A DNA stretch of 34,939 nucleotides from an uncultured Methanosarcinales archaeon (GCA_964343575.1 CAYFJV010000003.1:1-34939); one strand, 5' to 3'; counted from the stretch's first letter, positions 8,258 through 16,388 are shown. Notes: a model not told the origin generated them from the letters alone. Program-made: numbers and translations.

Positions 8258-8465
8258 AGTTAAATTAAACATTATTAGCAAAACAATCTTAACAATCCTA
8301 AGATGGACTGGAAAGATAGGACACAAAAAACCATGGCATCCCTTTGAGGATAACGTGATACTAAGCTATCCGCCGGCTTCCAATTTTGTGGACATAGACA
8401 TAGCGAGATACTACGGTAGAACGCCGAGAGCAATAGGTCAGAGGAGATATATCTTAACAAAATGA
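8254..8465 (+). pseudogene. Myb/SANT-like HTH gene, frameshifted near its start or using a non-ATG start
   Basis: Frame encodes KPWHPFEDNVIL...DIARYYGRTPRAIGQRRYIL. The ATG at 8254 is out of frame across a TTAAA-TTAAA tandem. Confidence 0.5.
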
Positions 8466-8569
8466 TTGAATTATCTTTCATTGATTGGGCCATGCTTGTA
8501 TGGTTGGTTTTCCTTACATTTGTTGTAAGGGATGTGAGAAAGAGGCTTGATAAAATTGAACAACCCTAG
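8462..8569 (+). CDS. Small membrane protein (35 aa)
   Basis: ATGA overlap. MIELSFIDWAMLVWLVFLTFVVRDVRKRL is one TM helix plus a basic tail. Confidence 0.55.
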   Translation: MIELSFIDWAMLVWLVFLTFVVRDVRKRLDKIEQP

Positions 8570-8720
8570 TTTAATCTGTTCCTGCGGATGTATGATCGAC
8601 ACGTATGAAACTCATGAAGATGGCCACATTTATTGTAGATGTCAAAAATGTAGCAAGGGATGGGTCGTTTATGAAAAGCACACGACCATGACATCAGTTA
8701 GCGCATCGAAGAGGAGATGA
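8556..8720 (+). CDS. Small zinc-ribbon protein (54 aa)
   Basis: TTG start with GAGG RBS, CSCG...CRCQKC. Confidence 0.5.
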   Translation: MNNPSLICSCGCMIDTYETHEDGHIYCRCQKCSKGWVVYEKHTTMTSVSASKRR

Positions 8721-8729
8721 GACAATAAA

Positions 8730-9125
8730 ATGAAACATTGTAAAACCTGTTCATGTAAAGAACAAACAATAGAGGTAAAAGAAATAGGAATTAAGATAAT
8801 TAGAAGAGAAGATTTAGATAGAAAGTCTTACAAAGAAATAGTTAAAGCAATTCCTAAAGGACAAAGACTCTTAACAGAGAGTAGGAAAGACACAGGATTT
8901 AATGAAGCAGTTTGGTTAGCTAATTCAAAATATGCAAAGGAATTAGATTTAATTCCAGATGGAAAAACATGGATTGAAATCCCACTTGAACAAACTTTTA
9001 AGAATAATAAAAACTGTCCTGCAAGATGGCTTTATTGTGGCAGGATTGGGCTTGTTGCTGGGAACGGTGGGCTCTTGATTGCCTATGACTACGGTCGGGT
9101 GTGGTTCGTGGAGGATTTGAAATGA
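8730..9125 (+). CDS. DGR target-like protein (C-type lectin fold) with C-terminal variable-region-like segment
   Basis: IPKGQRLLT...W...ARWLY...GRVWFVEDL resembles the CLec target architecture. Nucleotides 9027-9110 contain 9 A in 84 nt. Confidence 0.6.
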   Translation: MKHCKTCSCKEQTIEVKEIGIKIIRREDLDRKSYKEIVKAIPKGQRLLTESRKDTGFNEAVWLANSKYAKELDLIPDGKTWIEIPLEQTFKNNKNCPARWLYCGRIGLVAGNGGLLIAYDYGRVWFVEDLK

Positions 9126-9201
9126 AACCTACCAAAGAACTACCAATATCTACCAATTCAGTAAAACCAGCACCATTAACAAAGGATGAAGGGAGATTAA
9201 A

Positions 9202-9597
9202 ATGAGTGAAAAAGGTCCTCTTAGAGCGTTGTTCATCAAAATAAGAGATTATTTTAGATTCAAATCTTATCTGCTTAAAATTCTAAAAGAAACAAATAAG
9301 CTATATGAGTCTCAAAAAAAGGTATTGACTCGTAGAATAGAAGAACTTGAACAAGACAGGCTTTACTTGCTTTACCTCGCAGATGCAACTTCTGAAGAAT
9401 TGATTAATGCAAGACAGGCATTATCCAATGCGATGAGTAATATGCAATGGACATGTCCACCAATCTTAGTGACAAATAGACCGATGGCATCATATTCAAA
9501 AGAAAATCTAAAAGAAATGATAAGGGAGGTTGAGAGACGTGAAAGAAATAAACGAATTCATAGAGAAGAAAAATCAACAGCGAAGCCAAGGACATGA
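9202..9597 (+). CDS. Hypothetical coiled-coil protein
   Basis: GGGAG RBS, heptad-like central region. Confidence 0.65.
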   Translation: MSEKGPLRALFIKIRDYFRFKSYLLKILKETNKLYESQKKVLTRRIEELEQDRLYLLYLADATSEELINARQALSNAMSNMQWTCPPILVTNRPMASYSKENLKEMIREVERRERNKRIHREEKSTAKPRT

Positions 9598-10195
9598 AGC
9601 ACCACCTAACAATAAGTTTTATGCTAGTCAGGCTTTAATGTGTCCTAGACAGGTTTATTTTTCCAGAGTAATCCCTAAGGAGTTACCTGTTGAAACTTTA
9701 AAAGTATTTCATTTGGGTCATATTCTCCACGAAGAAATACAAAAGATGGTTCCCGGACAAGACGAAGTGCCACTATTGATCAACGAAGAAAACATCATCA
9801 TCTCTGGGAGAATCGATAAGGTTCACTCAGACGGAACCATCATCGAGTTCAAGACCACATCAAACAAGAAGTTTAATGAGGAAAAACCGTCAGAGGCACA
9901 TGTTGCTCAACTTATGTTATACCTAAAGGCTTTCGACAAAAAATCCGGAAAAATTGTTTATGTAGACAAGAGAGATTTAAGCACAGTTGAACATACTATT
10001 GAGTATGATCCGGAGATTTATAATGAAACAATATCTAGATTTAAAGAAATAAACCTTGCTTTAGAGACTAATGAAACACCGAAATTATCAGAGGATCTTC
10101 AAGAGTCTTTATTGAAAAATAAGTATCCATGCAGTTATTGTCAATACAAAGACGAATGCAAAAAGCACGAAAAAGAGGTAAAACATAATGGCTAA
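9530..10195 (+). CDS. Cas4-like PD-(D/E)XK exonuclease (stand-alone viral type)
   Basis: CPRQVYF, GHILHE, GRIDKV, IIEFKT, QLMLY and CSYCQYKDEC (four Fe-S cysteines). True start is probably GTG 9539. Confidence 0.85.
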   Translation: MRDVKEINEFIEKKNQQRSQGHEAPPNNKFYASQALMCPRQVYFSRVIPKELPVETLKVFHLGHILHEEIQKMVPGQDEVPLLINEENIIISGRIDKVHSDGTIIEFKTTSNKKFNEEKPSEAHVAQLMLYLKAFDKKSGKIVYVDKRDLSTVEHTIEYDPEIYNETISRFKEINLALETNETPKLSEDLQESLLKNKYPCSYCQYKDECKKHEKEVKHNG

Positions 10196-10562
10196 TGCAG
10201 TATACAGATTTATAGTAAAAAAGACATACCTAAACTTGTTTTTGAGTTTAGATCAGGGTGAACAAAAAATAAAAGAGATTTCAAAATTTTCAGGAATAGA
10301 TTACTCACACCTATCAACAGTTCTTCAGGAATTTCAAAAAGAAGGATTGTTATTAAGAGATAGAAAAGACACGGCTAGATCTTATGCAGTAAAACTCACG
10401 GAGAAGGGTGAAGCTCTCGCAAAGGTATTGAGAGATGTTAAGAATGTTGTTGAAAATTGGAAGGAAGAGGAAGAAATCAAACTCGGCACAGAAAACAACG
10501 CTACGACTCTGAGTGCAGACGAGGCAGACTTAATGGAGGACGAACTAAATGACAACAAATAA
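10188..10562 (+). CDS. MarR-like winged-helix regulator
   Basis: IKEISKFSGIDYSHLSTVLQEFQKEGLL...VKLTEKG. Confidence 0.8.
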   Translation: MANAVYRFIVKKTYLNLFLSLDQGEQKIKEISKFSGIDYSHLSTVLQEFQKEGLLLRDRKDTARSYAVKLTEKGEALAKVLRDVKNVVENWKEEEEIKLGTENNATTLSADEADLMEDELNDNK

Positions 10563-11085
10563 TATGCAACCTGCAGATGATGTCAAGATCGAAGGTGGAA
10601 ACCCAAAGAGAACATACAAAGTTCTAGATGATGGCAGAGTTCAGGTTCATGAAATTATAGAAAAAACCTCAACAATGAGTGCTAGAGACTTCAGAACATT
10701 TTATTTTGTTGAATCAGAAAAGGCTATTGGATCTCTAAAAGATATGATTAGTGAAGAATCAATCAAAGAAAGAAAAGAGAATCTGAAGGAAGTTGAAGAG
10801 GAAATGAAGACAATTAAGCCTATCCTGAAAGATGCAGAGGAAAAATACAGAAAGATCTATGAGGCTAAACAAAAAGAGAATGAAGTCAGAAGACTCAAGG
10901 AAGAGTTGGCAAAACCCAAAAACACATGGAACAAAACATATCTTTACAGTATAATAGAAGCTTTCCAAAAGAAAGATCCAGATATGATCTCTAAAATGCT
11001 CAATGAAGAGGAGCAAAATAAGATCATGAAGCTTCTTGTTGAAAAGAAAACTGCTGAGAGGGCAAATAAAAAAAGAAGAAAATGA
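10549..11085 (+). CDS. Hypothetical coiled-coil protein
   Basis: GGAGG RBS, E/K-rich helical sequence. Confidence 0.7.
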   Translation: MTTNNMQPADDVKIEGGNPKRTYKVLDDGRVQVHEIIEKTSTMSARDFRTFYFVESEKAIGSLKDMISEESIKERKENLKEVEEEMKTIKPILKDAEEKYRKIYEAKQKENEVRRLKEELAKPKNTWNKTYLYSIIEAFQKKDPDMISKMLNEEEQNKIMKLLVEKKTAERANKKRRK

Positions 11086-11249
11086 TGAAGAGAATTCATG
11101 AAACATTTAGCGAGAGGGAGCATAAACAACTCTCCCACCAAAAAGAAAGCCTAAGAAAAGAACTAGGAATCTCAAAATTACGATGGAGAGACTATATTCT
11201 AGCAATAGCCGGAGTGAAATCAATTGACAAAATTAAAAGATCCCAATGA
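11082..11249 (+). CDS. Small RHH-like protein (55 aa)
   Basis: ATGA overlap. MMKRIHETFSEREHKQL...LRWRDYILAIA fits a strand-helix-helix pattern. Confidence 0.5.
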   Translation: MMKRIHETFSEREHKQLSHQKESLRKELGISKLRWRDYILAIAGVKSIDKIKRSQ

Positions 11250-11526
11250 GATTTACAAAACAAATCATGGAAGATTGATTGAGAAGATTAGCAACTTAAG
11301 AGTAAAAAAATCTAATGAACTGGTGAGTGACAATATCCCTACATGGCAAGCTAAACTGATGAGTAAGCATAGATTTTGGAGTAAAATATTCGGCTATAAA
11401 GTAATGATTACTCCACTACCCACATTCGAGAGTGACATTATCAGAGAAAAACTCACTCTTTTCAGAAGAAAAGAGGAGATCGCTAGTATAGAATTCAGAG
11501 CCAGCGATAGGAGAAAATTGAAATGA
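11224..11526 (+). CDS. Hypothetical protein
   Basis: GGAGTG RBS with TTG start. Confidence 0.6.
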   Translation: MTKLKDPNEIYKTNHGRLIEKISNLRVKKSNELVSDNIPTWQAKLMSKHRFWSKIFGYKVMITPLPTFESDIIREKLTLFRRKEEIASIEFRASDRRKLK

Positions 11527-11645
11527 CCGATTTGTATTGTAAAATATGTAGGAATATGATTACGTGTGGGGATGGCTCGTGTAGTAATCCAGAATGCCCA
11601 ACAAATAGAACTACGACAACACAAGGGAGTTATGGATGGAAATAG
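11523..11645 (+). CDS. Small zinc-finger protein (40 aa)
   Basis: ATGA overlap, GGAG RBS, CKIC...CSNPEC. Confidence 0.5.
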   Translation: MTDLYCKICRNMITCGDGSCSNPECPTNRTTTTQGSYGWK

Positions 11646-11696
11646 AAACTAAACGTCTAATCAAAGGCAAAAAATGCCTAAAAAGGAAAATCAAGG

Positions 11697-12173
11697 ATGA
11701 AAAAACTAAAAAGAAAGAACAATCTAGTTGAGGACTTCGCAGAATATGTTAAGCAGTGCGAAGAACAGGCTAAATTTGAGGCTAGAAAGAAAATATCCAA
11801 AGATGTAGGTATTTACCCCTATATGAAAAAAAAGCCCCTTAGAAACGATTTATATGCGTCAGAACAAAAAGGTCCTGTAATTCATTTTAACACGGATCCG
11901 TCACAAATTAGTGACAGATATGACACATTAAAAGATAATTGGGTGCCAATTATAGCTTTTATCCTATTGATTGGAATAGTTATGTTTGGATTCTACATAA
12001 ACAGCCTAGAGCCAAGAATTGAAACTGTAGTAAAAGAAAGAGAGATCCAAATTAATCATACTGTTTATGAAACAGAAATCATAGAAAAAACTATTGAGGT
12101 TCCAGTAGAAGAGCCGATGGGCAATTTCACCGGAAAATTAGAATGTTTTAGAGGTTATTGTTATGCTGAGTGA
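11697..12173 (+). CDS. Single-pass membrane protein
   Basis: WVPIIAFILLIGIVMFGFYI, followed by a V/E-rich stalk and a terminal Cys pair. Confidence 0.7.
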   Translation: MKKLKRKNNLVEDFAEYVKQCEEQAKFEARKKISKDVGIYPYMKKKPLRNDLYASEQKGPVIHFNTDPSQISDRYDTLKDNWVPIIAFILLIGIVMFGFYINSLEPRIETVVKEREIQINHTVYETEIIEKTIEVPVEEPMGNFTGKLECFRGYCYAE

Positions 12174-12269
12174 GGTTAAATGTCGATATACTAGTCAGTC
12201 GCTCTGGTTGCAGGTAAGCCGTCCCATTAGCCGGGATGCCAAGATGCAGTCGACAGACCAGATCATGAG

Positions 12270-12548
12270 GTGAAAATGGAAAATCAAATGAAGATTAATG
12301 GAAGCAAGGTAGTGGGAGATCCAGAGCATGCATGCGACATCTGGATAACGAATCTTCGCAAAGCAGTCAAAACTGCAAGAAGCCATCATAAAGAAAGACG
12401 TTACAACTTTGAAGATGAATGCTATGAAGATGTAAGGGTCCCACCAGTTGAAACTTTCATAGAATTATTAGACTTTGTGAATTCAAGAGGTTACGAAGTT
12501 ACCCATCCTGAGATCTTTAGAAGTATTTACGGGAAGGAGTTGGTATAA
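12270..12548 (+). CDS. Hypothetical protein (probable start ATG 12276)
   Basis: GAGGTG RBS before ATG 12276. Confidence 0.65.
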   Translation: MKMENQMKINGSKVVGDPEHACDIWITNLRKAVKTARSHHKERRYNFEDECYEDVRVPPVETFIELLDFVNSRGYEVTHPEIFRSIYGKELV

Positions 12549-12549
12549 A

Positions 12550-12897
12550 ATGTTTTGGAGAAAAAATAAGATTCCACCTATGGAAATAGTGATGACTAAA
12601 GAAGAAATTGAGAAGGTTAATAATAAAATAGATGAATTGAATAATAGTCTCAAGACAAAAAACAGGATGGAGGTATTCAAGATGATTGAAGTGATTGGTC
12701 ATGAGGAAATAAAAAAGATTTTTAGAATAAAAATCAATGACACAGCAGGAGATGCAGATTCACCTGAGCTCCAATTCAGAAAATCAAAGAAAGGATATGG
12801 GTGGGTTTTAGATTTAGAAGAAGGGGATGACGCTCTTACAACAGCAGAGATAAAAGAAGCCCTGAAAATATCAGAAAAACTCAACAAGAAAGCATAG
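12550..12897 (+). CDS. Hypothetical protein
   Basis: GGAG RBS, 115 aa. Confidence 0.7.
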   Translation: MFWRKNKIPPMEIVMTKEEIEKVNNKIDELNNSLKTKNRMEVFKMIEVIGHEEIKKIFRIKINDTAGDADSPELQFRKSKKGYGWVLDLEEGDDALTTAEIKEALKISEKLNKKA

Positions 12898-13002
12898 CAG
12901 AGTAGCCTAATTAGGTTAAGGCGCAGGGCTCATGCACACATCTTCCTGAACTAGGGTGTGTGGGGAAACCCTGAAATAGTAGTTCAAATCTACCCTCTGC
13001 TA
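12896..13002 (+). tRNA. tRNA-Met(CAT), initiator-like, with a 33-nt intron at position 37/38 (12935-12967)
   Basis: Acceptor AGCAGAG/CTCTGCT+A; D stem GCCT/AGGC; anticodon stem CAGGG/CCCTG with CAT at 12931-12933; T arm GTAG-TTCAAAT-CTAC; relaxed BHB motif; no encoded CCA. Confidence 0.85.
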
Positions 13003-13010
13003 TAAAAAAA

Positions 13011-13226
13011 ATGCAAAAACAATGTAAGCGATGTGGAAAAAAGAAAACAACATCAGCAGGTAACATCTGTAGAGGTTGTCGTAAAAAACCAAACAAATGC
13101 AAAGACTGCAAAACACCAGTCTATCCAAGATCAAAAAGATGTAGACCATGTGGTTTATTTTACATGAAGAATCCATCAGCATATTCATTAGGCAAGAGAA
13201 GAAAAATGGAAGCCGAGGAAACTTGA
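13011..13226 (+). CDS. Cys-rich zinc-finger protein
   Basis: Four CxxC pairs in 71 aa. Confidence 0.65.
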   Translation: MQKQCKRCGKKKTTSAGNICRGCRKKPNKCKDCKTPVYPRSKRCRPCGLFYMKNPSAYSLGKRRKMEAEET

Positions 13227-13278
13227 GTGAGGTTTTTACCTCTGTGGTTTAGTTTTCCTCACTCAGGCCTTAAGGCCT
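13222..13278 (+). terminator. Long hairpin plus perfect 14-bp palindrome
   Basis: CTTGAGTGAGG (13222-13232) pairs with CCTCACTCAGG (13257-13267) around a T-rich loop. AGGCCTTAAGGCCT at 13265-13278. Confidence 0.45.
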
Positions 13279-13293
13279 TCCATTCCTTACTGG

Positions 13294-14316
13294 GTGGTGT
13301 TTGGCAAGAATAAAACTGACATAAAGGTTGATTTGATTAATATGAATAAGACTAGAGGAGAGTTTAACGAGATAAAGTACGCTGAACTAGTAGACGATCT
13401 TAATGATGATTTGACTCAGAAAGAACTCCGGGAACTCATCAATATGGACGAAGAAGAGCATAAGAGACTCTTGAAACTGTTAGAGAAAGAAGAGGCTGGC
13501 GAGGAAGCCATTCCGGGAGAAGACACCATCGACAATATCCTCAAAAGAAAAGAAGCAAAGTACCAGATCAACAAGGGAGACATCTGGCAACTAGGAAATC
13601 ATAGGCTGATGTGTGGGGATTCAACAGAAGAAGGAAAACTAGGAGATCTCATGGACAACACACCCGTAGACTTACTCCTTACAGACCCACCTTATGGTGT
13701 GAGTTATTCTGAAAAGAACCAATTCCTCAACTCCATCGACAAAGGCAACAAAGTACAAGAAAACATCGTCAACGACGAAATCAAAGACATGAACACATTC
13801 CTAACCGAGAGTTTAGAGAAGATAAAACCCCTAATGGCAGAGACAAGCGCCGCATACATTTTCTTCGCAGGAAAAACCCTAAGGTACTTACTCAACAGTT
13901 TAGACAAACTAGACTTTAAACTACACCAAATACTAGCATGGGTTAAAAACAACCACGTCCTAGGGAGAACAGATTACGCATCAAAACATGAATTGATAGT
14001 CTATGGATGGTTCAACAAGCATAAGTTCTATGGATGCTTTTCCCCTTCTACATTGGAATTTGATAAGCCACTTAAATCAGATTTACATCCGACCATGAAA
14101 CCTATTGATTTGTTAGAGTACATAACAAAGAACTCATCTGAGGAGAATATGGTTGTTTTGGATCCTTTCGCAGGCTCAGGTTCTACATTAATTGCTTGTG
14201 AGAACTCAAAGAGAAAATGTTATACAATGGAAATCGATCCTTTCTATTGTTCTGTAATCATTGAAAGGTGGGAAAAATACACTAATAAGAAAGCTAAATT
14301 AGTAAATAAGGAGTGA
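13294..14316 (+). CDS. N6-adenine/N4-cytosine DNA methyltransferase (beta class) with truncated ParB-like N-terminus
   Basis: GDIWQLGNHRLMCGDS, TDPPY, HPTMKP and VLDPFAGSGST motifs. Confidence 0.92.
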   Translation: MVFGKNKTDIKVDLINMNKTRGEFNEIKYAELVDDLNDDLTQKELRELINMDEEEHKRLLKLLEKEEAGEEAIPGEDTIDNILKRKEAKYQINKGDIWQLGNHRLMCGDSTEEGKLGDLMDNTPVDLLLTDPPYGVSYSEKNQFLNSIDKGNKVQENIVNDEIKDMNTFLTESLEKIKPLMAETSAAYIFFAGKTLRYLLNSLDKLDFKLHQILAWVKNNHVLGRTDYASKHELIVYGWFNKHKFYGCFSPSTLEFDKPLKSDLHPTMKPIDLLEYITKNSSEENMVVLDPFAGSGSTLIACENSKRKCYTMEIDPFYCSVIIERWEKYTNKKAKLVNKE

Positions 14317-14322
14317 TTAAAA

Positions 14323-14802
14323 ATGGGTAAAATTGACTATTACAACGTAACAATTCCAGAGGATAAATCTAAGGAAGATTACGATTACGTCCAAAGAAGG
14401 GCAGACATCCTCAAGTTGATCATAGCATCAGGACATCCTAGGGCGATTAGTCAGGCAAAACTAGCTAAGGTTTACGGTGTAGGACAACCCATGATTTGTC
14501 AAGATTTCAAAGCAATAAAGAAATCAATTGAATCCCAAATGGGCGATGATGCAATATTCCGCACTTCAATCTTCTACGAAAAGATGAGTAAATTAGCTTC
14601 TAAGGTGAGTAACATAGACGATGCTTGGAAAGCAGTTAAGATCGTTGAGAGCCATAATAATTTTATGTTTGAATTAGGAAAATTAAAGAGAGCTCCTAGG
14701 GATATCAATGTTAATGATGTAACAAGAAAATCTATGAAAGAAATCTATGAAGAGGCTGAGAAGGAGAAAAGTGCAGGTTCAAAGTCAAAAAAGCCAAAAT
14801 GA
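14323..14802 (+). CDS. terS: Terminase small subunit (putative)
   Basis: HTH ISQAKLAKVYGVGQPMICQDFKAI, directly upstream of and overlapping TerL. Confidence 0.65.
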   Translation: MGKIDYYNVTIPEDKSKEDYDYVQRRADILKLIIASGHPRAISQAKLAKVYGVGQPMICQDFKAIKKSIESQMGDDAIFRTSIFYEKMSKLASKVSNIDDAWKAVKIVESHNNFMFELGKLKRAPRDINVNDVTRKSMKEIYEEAEKEKSAGSKSKKPK

Positions 14803-16306
14803 TGAGGTGTATCTGAAGAAGGCATGGGGAGAGAGAGATGTTAAATATTTAGCAAAATATCTTTTCCCCGGAGTTAAAGCTGCGCAACACCTCACCCTCT
14901 ACCAGAGCATAATAGTCAGAAAAATTGCATTTAGTGAAGTAAAGAGATTCTCTATTTCAGCTTATACTCGTTATGGAAAAACCCAAATTGTAGCTATTGC
15001 TGTGGCGATGTACATCTTAATCAATGAAAACAAAAAAATTAAATTTATTGGTCCTAAAGTTGAACAAGCTGGTCTAATCAGAGAATACTTAACAGAATTA
15101 ATAGTTTGTTGCCCGGAACTTTTAGAGATTGCAGAATTAGACTCTAGGGGTCGGGACAGATTAAAGAAAGAAGCATCCAGAAATCGTTTAACCTTCAAGA
15201 ATGGATGTGAGTATAGGGTAATATCAGCACACGGAAAAGGTTTTGCTGCAATGGGTCACGGCGGAGATCTGATAATTATTGATGAGTCAGCCATGATCTC
15301 AAGAGAATCATATGCCAAGATTGTAAGACTTCTAGGAGATGATCCGGTTAACTCTATGCTTGTTGAAATGTTTAACCCGTGGGATAGGGACACTGTAGCA
15401 TTCGACCATAGTATATCAAATAGATTCGAGAGGATAGAAATCGGTTGGAAAATTGGGATCAAAGAAGACAGGATAACGAAAGAATTCGTTGAAGAGATGC
15501 GGGAAGAACTAACGCCTATGGAGTTCATAGTCCTTTATGAATCTAAATTTCCTGAAGAATCAGAGGATAGCCTTCACAATCTTTCAAAGATAGAAAAAGC
15601 AGAAAAGATTAGATTCAATCTTAATGATCAACTAAAGACAATTATTCGGCAATTAGCTCAGGCTCACAAAATGCCAGAAGACAGAGTCAAAGAGTTAAAA
15701 ACCGAAATCGCAAGATACAGGAGAATAATATCCTGCGATCCGGCTGATATGGGTATGGACTTGACGGTTATAAAATGGGGCGTTTCTTACGACAATCAAA
15801 AATACGAATTAGAAGGAATCTACTCTGAACCTAAGAGTGATCCTATGGAGATTGTAGGCAAGGTAATGGAAATTGTTAGAACATTTGTTGGAACAAAAGT
15901 TCAGGGATTAGTCAACTATGATGGTATAGGAATTGGAACAGGTTCAGTCAGTCGAACAAAAGAGATTCTAAAGGAAAAAGGTTACAAGAACGTCAGAGTA
16001 AATAATTGTAAGTATGGTGAAAACAAACAGATGACTAAAGCAGAAAAGTCTCTTTATAGAATTAATAAAGCAAAGTACAATTTTAGGTTAAAAGAATTGT
16101 TCCTTGAGGAGTATATTTCTTTTTCCAGAATAAGGAAACACCAAGAGTATAGAAAGCTAAAATCTCAACTACTCTCCATGAAATGGAAGAGAAGTTCTGC
16201 AGAGAAAAGGGAGATAATAGACCCTGAAAAAAGCCCAGATTACAACGATGCAATGGTTTATTTTATCTGGCCACCAGAAGGACATCTCAATTACACCTTC
16301 CTTTAA
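14747..16306 (+). CDS. terL: Terminase large subunit
   Basis: Walker A YTRYGKT, Walker B IIIDES, nuclease DPA..G.D and KSPDYNDA. Start may be GTG 14771. Confidence 0.92.
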   Translation: MKRLRRRKVQVQSQKSQNDEVYLKKAWGERDVKYLAKYLFPGVKAAQHLTLYQSIIVRKIAFSEVKRFSISAYTRYGKTQIVAIAVAMYILINENKKIKFIGPKVEQAGLIREYLTELIVCCPELLEIAELDSRGRDRLKKEASRNRLTFKNGCEYRVISAHGKGFAAMGHGGDLIIIDESAMISRESYAKIVRLLGDDPVNSMLVEMFNPWDRDTVAFDHSISNRFERIEIGWKIGIKEDRITKEFVEEMREELTPMEFIVLYESKFPEESEDSLHNLSKIEKAEKIRFNLNDQLKTIIRQLAQAHKMPEDRVKELKTEIARYRRIISCDPADMGMDLTVIKWGVSYDNQKYELEGIYSEPKSDPMEIVGKVMEIVRTFVGTKVQGLVNYDGIGIGTGSVSRTKEILKEKGYKNVRVNNCKYGENKQMTKAEKSLYRINKAKYNFRLKELFLEEYISFSRIRKHQEYRKLKSQLLSMKWKRSSAEKREIIDPEKSPDYNDAMVYFIWPPEGHLNYTFL

Positions 16307-16336
16307 TTGGGCTACAGACAAATAAAACTTATAAAA
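16307..16336 (+). promoter_or_regulatory. Putative late promoter (portal operon)
   Basis: TTGGGCTACAGACAAATAAAACTTATAAAA, similar to 21838-21866. Confidence 0.55.
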
Positions 16337-16388
16337 CAAATCAGTATCTCAAGAGAGTCAGGTTTGGTCCGTCTGATATATCACGTTC

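Noticed and set aside
9129..9156. Three CTACCAA units downstream of the VR-like segment as a DGR template or hairpin element
   Set aside because: Too short, not similar to the VR and not self-complementary. They lie within a possible 27-aa ORF.
12203..12262. Twister ribozyme or tRNA-Leu remnant
   Set aside because: CCGTCCCATTAGCCGG only loosely resembles twister L4 and the pseudoknot partners are missing. There are no D or T arms for a tRNA.
12180..12272. Amber readthrough or recoding joining ATG 12180 to the 12270 ORF
   Set aside because: Needs two TAG readthroughs. Many genes here end in TAG, no suppressor tRNA is seen, and the downstream gene has its own RBS.
12896..13002. tRNA as an attP/attB site of an integrated provirus
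   Set aside because: No integrase recognised, no duplicated tRNA 3' end, and no host genes at either window edge.
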